Below are positions 59,206 to 64,000 of a stretch of DNA of 64,000 nucleotides, piece after piece. Source of the stretch: Flectonema sp. DT1601 (lineage: Eukaryota); assembly GCA_964019425.1 (NCBI GenBank), contig OZ025786.1, positions 682,001-746,000 on the forward strand, given 5' to 3'. The position numbers were made by a program, and so were the translations under genes. Each line of letters starts with the position of its first letter. Position 1 is the stretch's first letter. Below the pieces are notes generated by a model. That model had not been told where the DNA came from. It did no database searches and saw only the letters and a list, made by a program, of their open reading frames with translations.

Positions 59206-62200
59206 CTACGAACCAGATAAGAAGTGAACGATAGCAATATGCCCTTTGTGTTGTGCTAGATCTAATGCGGTGGCATTTGTACGATCTCGGATTGCAAGAT
59301 TGGATGTCATTGCGAACTTACTTATTAGCAAGATTCCATCCTCAGTATGCTCAAATGCCGGGTTAATAGCAGCATAGTGAACTGGTGTCATCCCTGACGA
59401 GTCTTGAATATCTGTGTCAGCACTACGAGACAATAATGTATCCATGATGCACAGTGACCTCGATATAGCTGCGATATGAAGAGCTGTGCGACCTTCACTG
59501 TCAGTTGCGTCAATCGGAATTCCCCAAACCGTTAAAAGAGGAACAACAAAATGCCTCATTGAATCAGATGTAGTAACCACATGCAATGGGGTATACTCAG
59601 TTGAAAACGGTTCAGGAAATTGTAATACAACTCCATTAACGACAGGACTAGCACCGCATAAGACTAGACAAATAATCCTTTTTAAATAAACAGAAGCTTC
59701 AACAGAATTTGCTGACGTCCAGTGTCTTCTTAAAGCACTGTCAAGAATGCTTCTCGATGCTCCAAGTGAAAGAAGCCTATTAGAGCATTCCCATCCGAAT
59801 TGAGTTTGTAGTAGTGGTTGGTTTATATTTGTTATTTCTTCAAGTCCCCATGATAGATCCGAAGTGTAATCAGATTCATGTCTTGCTGACTTTGCTGAAC
59901 ATAATCGTTTTAGTAATCCAAATAATTGAATTTGTAATTCCATTGAGTTTTTATCTTCTCCCTCCTCATCATCTTGTACTGGTGATGGATCAATTAGAAA
60001 ACTACTACTCTGGACTCCCAGGTGCATTAGTATCTCTCTAATGCGGAGTTCTAGTGTTTCCAACGGTGATAGCTGTTTTGCTTCAAAATGAGCACCAGGT
60101 TCTGAAGAGAGTGCAGTACAGGCCCAAACAGAAGAAATATCAACTGCGACACGTTTGATTCTAGCACACCGAGATACTTCACTAATGTCTTTGTATTCAC
60201 TTGGATGAAATGTGAAGATGGTGTTGGTGTTGGTGGTACTGGAATGTTCATTTCGTGATCGAGAAGGTGTTCCAGAAGCACACGGATCATTAGCAGACAT
60301 AGTGTTATCCCAACAAACAAGCGATGGTACTAAAAACTCTTGTAATCGAAAGGTAGCTCCAGGTCGAACCTTTCCAGGTAAGTGCAACAAACTACTGTCT
60401 GATGTACAAAACCCAAACCTATTAATCGAATTCTCTTTTGGAACATCAAAATGAGATGCCAACACTCCTGACAATGTAGCGATATACGCAGCTAGTTGTG
60501 GAAACACCCAACCTCCAAGTTCAAATGCTGCTTCAACTTTAACGAAAGCACCGTGTGATGATACGTACCAGTTCTCACCTTTGTATATTATTTCATTTCC
60601 AGTTTCTGAATCTTGAAGGGGACAGAGGTATGAATCAGTACCCTTAACAGAGTTATAAAAAGAATTGCAATCTGTTGTTGAGTAAACGACTGTTTCAGAC
60701 ATGTGAAAGACTGAAGCCGTTGAAATAGTAACACCTGAAGTGTATTCACGGAGTGTCTGACTTACAATGTCTTGAATCTGATACTTATGAGGATTTGTTA
60801 TTCTCCACATTGGATGTACTTCATGTGCAGCATTATCTAATATGTGAGGTCGCTCACCAGACAGTGATAGCGTAAAATTAGAATCACCAAATGAAAGCTT
60901 CTGGAGAGATAAAGCATGCTCCATCTCCCAAGGTAACAGGTCACACTCAGGTATTAATTGTTGTAAGGTATCACAAATATTTTTATTATCCTCTGATTCA
61001 ATTAATGAGTGAAGCCGTACTACTAAATGCGGATCATATTTTCGAGGATTCGAACGAGATTTACAAACCTCAATAATTTCTCTCAGAGGTGGATGTGAAT
61101 CGGCTAACGGAAAACACGACCAGTTTGCGAAATCATGTTTCTCTGTACAAGCAGTTCCCCAAATATATTCCAGTATCCCAGGAGGAATCGAATTTACTGC
61201 AATTTCACTACTCGGATCAGTTGTGAGCCACAAAACAGCATCACTAGAAAACGGATTATTTTCATCTATAAAACACGACTCAGAGTTACTTGATTGCGCT
61301 TCATATCGACAGTATCGAGTACCCCGTTCACTCCTGAATGTTTCAATATTTGTTTCCGTTATTCCCGTTTCTTGAATGGCTTCATGAAATCCAGATCTTA
61401 TGACTATTTCCTCACCTGTTGTTTTATTTAAATGCTCGATTTCTAATGAGTTATATTGAGACACAACATTCCAGACAGCTCTATTGTCATTATAGACTCC
61501 CCATACTACTGGATGTAAGATTGTGTATGTAAATGGATAGATTAGGTATTTTGATGCTTCGCTGTCGCGAGTTTCTGATGATGCAAATCGAAGCTTTAAT
61601 ATGCAGAGCATGTCTGAAATCATTTTTTTTATTTGATTTTGAGACCAAAACTGTTCTATAGGACTTGACCACTCAGATAGTTGTTGTAGTACGTTGCGAG
61701 TATTTGCAACTGTCGATTCAGAGGTAATTGGAATGTGAATAAGGGTTTTAATATCAATATCTATTTCTGATAATGAAATCTGATTAGCGTCAACCCACGA
61801 ACTGATATCTGATACAGTTTGTTCTTTATTATTATTATTATTATTATTATCAACTTTTAACAATTGAGTTAATAATTTATTAACTGCCCCATAGCGGCCA
61901 TTGTCATCAATCATTCTTGATATCACAGTCGTTAAATCTGTCTCCAAAGAACATGAAACTGACATGTTGTGTCCCGTTCTTGCTCTGCTTTTTTTTCGAC
62001 CTCTCACTCCTTCGACAGGTCTCTTAACGAGACTTCCTTCCATGAAGTCACCAAATGGAGATACCATTTCAGGTATTTGCTTTTCAACAGGTAACACTAC
62101 TCTGTTGTACTTTGAATGAGTACTGAACTGAGGAGATGGTATCGGAACCCATGATGTTGTATGTTTATCAACGAGTGCTGCGTGTGCTGATAATTGTGTT

Positions 62201-63756
62201 TTTCCTGACTGATCAATAATTCGAAGTATTGCGTGATTTGAGTTACCCGACGTATCAGTGAAGATAGTCACTCCAGGTCCTTCTGTTAGTGGCCAGTGTG
62301 AGATAAACTGATCTGATGATAGTATTCTTACATCACTTATCAGTCCTTTGTAACAATCTTTTATTTTACCTCTATCATTGTGAGCCCCAATTGCTAAAAA
62401 ATCGGTTAATTTATAATTCTCAGTTACAGGATTCGAATTAACAAAAACTGGATGATTAAGTCTTTGACTCGACTGCACCTCCTCAAGTGTTACTTCGACA
62501 TCATTAATTGCAACTGAAAAACCGGATTCTTTAGTGTATGTGCAGTCAATAAAATGCCAACGACCATCACATAAATCGCCATTGTAGGTAGCGGATTCAG
62601 TTGATCCGCATGCGTCTTTTATACTAATGAATATGGAACCAGGGGATGGTTGGTTTCCATCGGTGTTTACTTGAATTTTATAATGAGAATGTTTCTTTAG
62701 AGAATCTGTAACACCAAGTAAGGTTGCAATGTCCTTCGTAGATCTGGAACACATCCAAAGACTAACTCGAATATTATAAAAGTTTTCTGAGCTCAAAGAA
62801 AGTGTTCCTCCCGATAGGTATTCGTTCCCAACGAATTCAAGTACTGTCGGTGGCGGATCAAAACCATTTCCCCATGTAGTATTCCGTCCTATGCTAGGAG
62901 CATTTTTGTCAACTTTGTTGGAGATAGAGTCTCCCACCCCTTCATCACAGGCGTATCTCGCCATCAGCCGTGATCCACCCCATACTCTTATTTCAGCCAG
63001 ATTCCCAACAAATCCATTATTTAAGTTAGCGCCCTTCAACCATGGAAGTGGTAGTGAACAACCAAAAACTGCAAACTCTTTTCCACGAGTGTTCTTCGAT
63101 CTCACTACAGGCTGTGTTGGAGCTAATGTTACTATTTGTTTTACTCCATTAAAATAAAGTTCCAGAGACGGATTCCATCTTGCTTTTATTAAATGCCACA
63201 TTCCATTGCAGACAGAGGTTGGGTTTGAGGATGCGATGAGGCCACAGCTTCCTTTGTCAGCGTCCTCTTCGAGGATGAGAGAGATCACACCATCGTTTAC
63301 TTCTATTGCACAACGAGCTACTTCCATTTGAGAATCGAATATCATCATCTTATGATCAGTTGAGGTGGTTCTAATCCAGAAATCAACAACTAAGTTTGAC
63401 ATACTACGTTCTAGTGCTTCTTCATCAGGCATCTCAATAGTACTCGTTTTACCATCGAATGCAATGCAGTTGTCTGTGGCTCGTGAATTCCGACTCTTTA
63501 AATGTTTTGGACTTATCACTGATGGTCTCTTCTGCGACCTTCCTACTCCACTGGGTGGTATTGGTCTTCGGGGTAGGCATTCAATATCTACGGATCTCGG
63601 AGATGAACATTTTGCTAACAACTCCTCGATACGACTCTCCATTACTTGAGCAACCTCACTGAGGTTTCTATTGCGCTGCATCATCTTGTGACTCTGCCTT
63701 CTCGTGAAAGTTCCATGTCGCTCCATAAAGTAACCTGTTGAATGAATATACGCCAT
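59206..63756 (-). CDS. 1516-aa protein with two LamG/ConA-like domains and C-terminal ankyrin repeats
   Basis: VCNGMWHLI and LCDGRWHFI, FVGNLAEIRVW and YKGLISDVRI (LamG-like); GRTALHIAA, GMTPVHYAA and TALDLA (ankyrin). Confidence 0.9.
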   Translation of the reverse strand: MAYIHSTGYFMERHGTFTRRQSHKMMQRNRNLSEVAQVMESRIEELLAKCSSPRSVDIECLPRRPIPPSGVGRSQKRPSVISPKHLKSRNSRATDNCIAFDGKTSTIEMPDEEALERSMSNLVVDFWIRTTSTDHKMMIFDSQMEVARCAIEVNDGVISLILEEDADKGSCGLIASSNPTSVCNGMWHLIKARWNPSLELYFNGVKQIVTLAPTQPVVRSKNTRGKEFAVFGCSLPLPWLKGANLNNGFVGNLAEIRVWGGSRLMARYACDEGVGDSISNKVDKNAPSIGRNTTWGNGFDPPPTVLEFVGNEYLSGGTLSLSSENFYNIRVSLWMCSRSTKDIATLLGVTDSLKKHSHYKIQVNTDGNQPSPGSIFISIKDACGSTESATYNGDLCDGRWHFIDCTYTKESGFSVAINDVEVTLEEVQSSQRLNHPVFVNSNPVTENYKLTDFLAIGAHNDRGKIKDCYKGLISDVRILSSDQFISHWPLTEGPGVTIFTDTSGNSNHAILRIIDQSGKTQLSAHAALVDKHTTSWVPIPSPQFSTHSKYNRVVLPVEKQIPEMVSPFGDFMEGSLVKRPVEGVRGRKKSRARTGHNMSVSCSLETDLTTVISRMIDDNGRYGAVNKLLTQLLKVDNNNNNNNKEQTVSDISSWVDANQISLSEIDIDIKTLIHIPITSESTVANTRNVLQQLSEWSSPIEQFWSQNQIKKMISDMLCILKLRFASSETRDSEASKYLIYPFTYTILHPVVWGVYNDNRAVWNVVSQYNSLEIEHLNKTTGEEIVIRSGFHEAIQETGITETNIETFRSERGTRYCRYEAQSSNSESCFIDENNPFSSDAVLWLTTDPSSEIAVNSIPPGILEYIWGTACTEKHDFANWSCFPLADSHPPLREIIEVCKSRSNPRKYDPHLVVRLHSLIESEDNKNICDTLQQLIPECDLLPWEMEHALSLQKLSFGDSNFTLSLSGERPHILDNAAHEVHPMWRITNPHKYQIQDIVSQTLREYTSGVTISTASVFHMSETVVYSTTDCNSFYNSVKGTDSYLCPLQDSETGNEIIYKGENWYVSSHGAFVKVEAAFELGGWVFPQLAAYIATLSGVLASHFDVPKENSINRFGFCTSDSSLLHLPGKVRPGATFRLQEFLVPSLVCWDNTMSANDPCASGTPSRSRNEHSSTTNTNTIFTFHPSEYKDISEVSRCARIKRVAVDISSVWACTALSSEPGAHFEAKQLSPLETLELRIREILMHLGVQSSSFLIDPSPVQDDEEGEDKNSMELQIQLFGLLKRLCSAKSARHESDYTSDLSWGLEEITNINQPLLQTQFGWECSNRLLSLGASRSILDSALRRHWTSANSVEASVYLKRIICLVLCGASPVVNGVVLQFPEPFSTEYTPLHVVTTSDSMRHFVVPLLTVWGIPIDATDSEGRTALHIAAISRSLCIMDTLLSRSADTDIQDSSGMTPVHYAAINPAFEHTEDGILLISKFAMTSNLAIRDRTNATALDLAQHKGHIAIVHFLSGS

Positions 63757-63853
63757 CTGAACACAGAAACTGAATTCACAATAAGCATTGCTTCCCCGTA
63801 GTAATCATCTTGTGATCAGACTGTATAAAGATACCAAACAAGTTTTAAACAAC

Positions 63854-64000
63854 TTACACAATACAATTCAGTCCTTCACTACGAACTACCTGAAAAGGAA
63901 GATCATTAGTGGTAATGCTAAAGCCAGTGAAACCAGCCGGCTGGGTAAGTGGAAAATCACAATCACATAAACGCGTTGGCGTTATGAAGTTGGAACATAA
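63854..64000 (-). CDS. Possible 3' end of an upstream gene (partial)
   Basis: The only minus-strand frame open from 64000 (LCSNFITPTR...EGLNCIV) to TAA at 63856-63854. Confidence 0.35.
   Translation of the reverse strand, partial: LCSNFITPTRLCDCDFPLTQPAGFTGFSITTNDLPFQVVRSEGLNCIV

Noticed and set aside
63757..63780. CAGTTTCTGT upstream of an ATG, resembling part of the euglenozoan spliced leader
   Set aside because: Only 10 nt match and it is equally explained as a pyrimidine-rich acceptor; no SL RNA gene seen.

Overview
AT-rich eukaryotic genomic DNA, standard genetic code. It carries 21 credible protein-coding genes (one runs off the left edge) plus a possible partial 22nd at the right edge, all on the minus strand and often very tightly spaced. 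This suggests a directional, probably polycistronic and trans-spliced gene cluster. Combined with canonical GT-AG cis-introns, a Pam18 with a degenerate HPD motif, a PTS1-like IDH and a HIS3, it points to a free-living euglenozoan, most plausibly a diplonemid (inference). Recognisable genes: NADP-IDH, a 4-exon exocyst Sec8, Pam18, a DnaJ protein, an AtuC/AccD2-type carboxyltransferase beta subunit, trifunctional enzyme alpha (HADHA), HIS3, a cNMP-gated-like channel, a metallophosphoesterase, a MIB_HERC2 protein, two apparent pseudo-enzymes (TRF4-like and SDR) and a ~2650-aa Ser/Thr-rich secreted protein. Two ORF-free blocks lie at 1.9-13.0 kb and 44.0-49.0 kb. The first holds a textbook box C/D snoRNA candidate with weaker neighbours, a ~305-nt structured RNA candidate, degenerate repeats and a recurrent GTGAGAC palindromic motif. 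Best leads: two sequence classes of 3' splice site with 36-39-nt 5'UTR mini-introns, a possible TTT-CG +1 frameshift at the end of the giant Ser/Thr gene, and the ncRNA-rich 11-kb block. All homology calls come from recognising motifs by eye; no searches were run.
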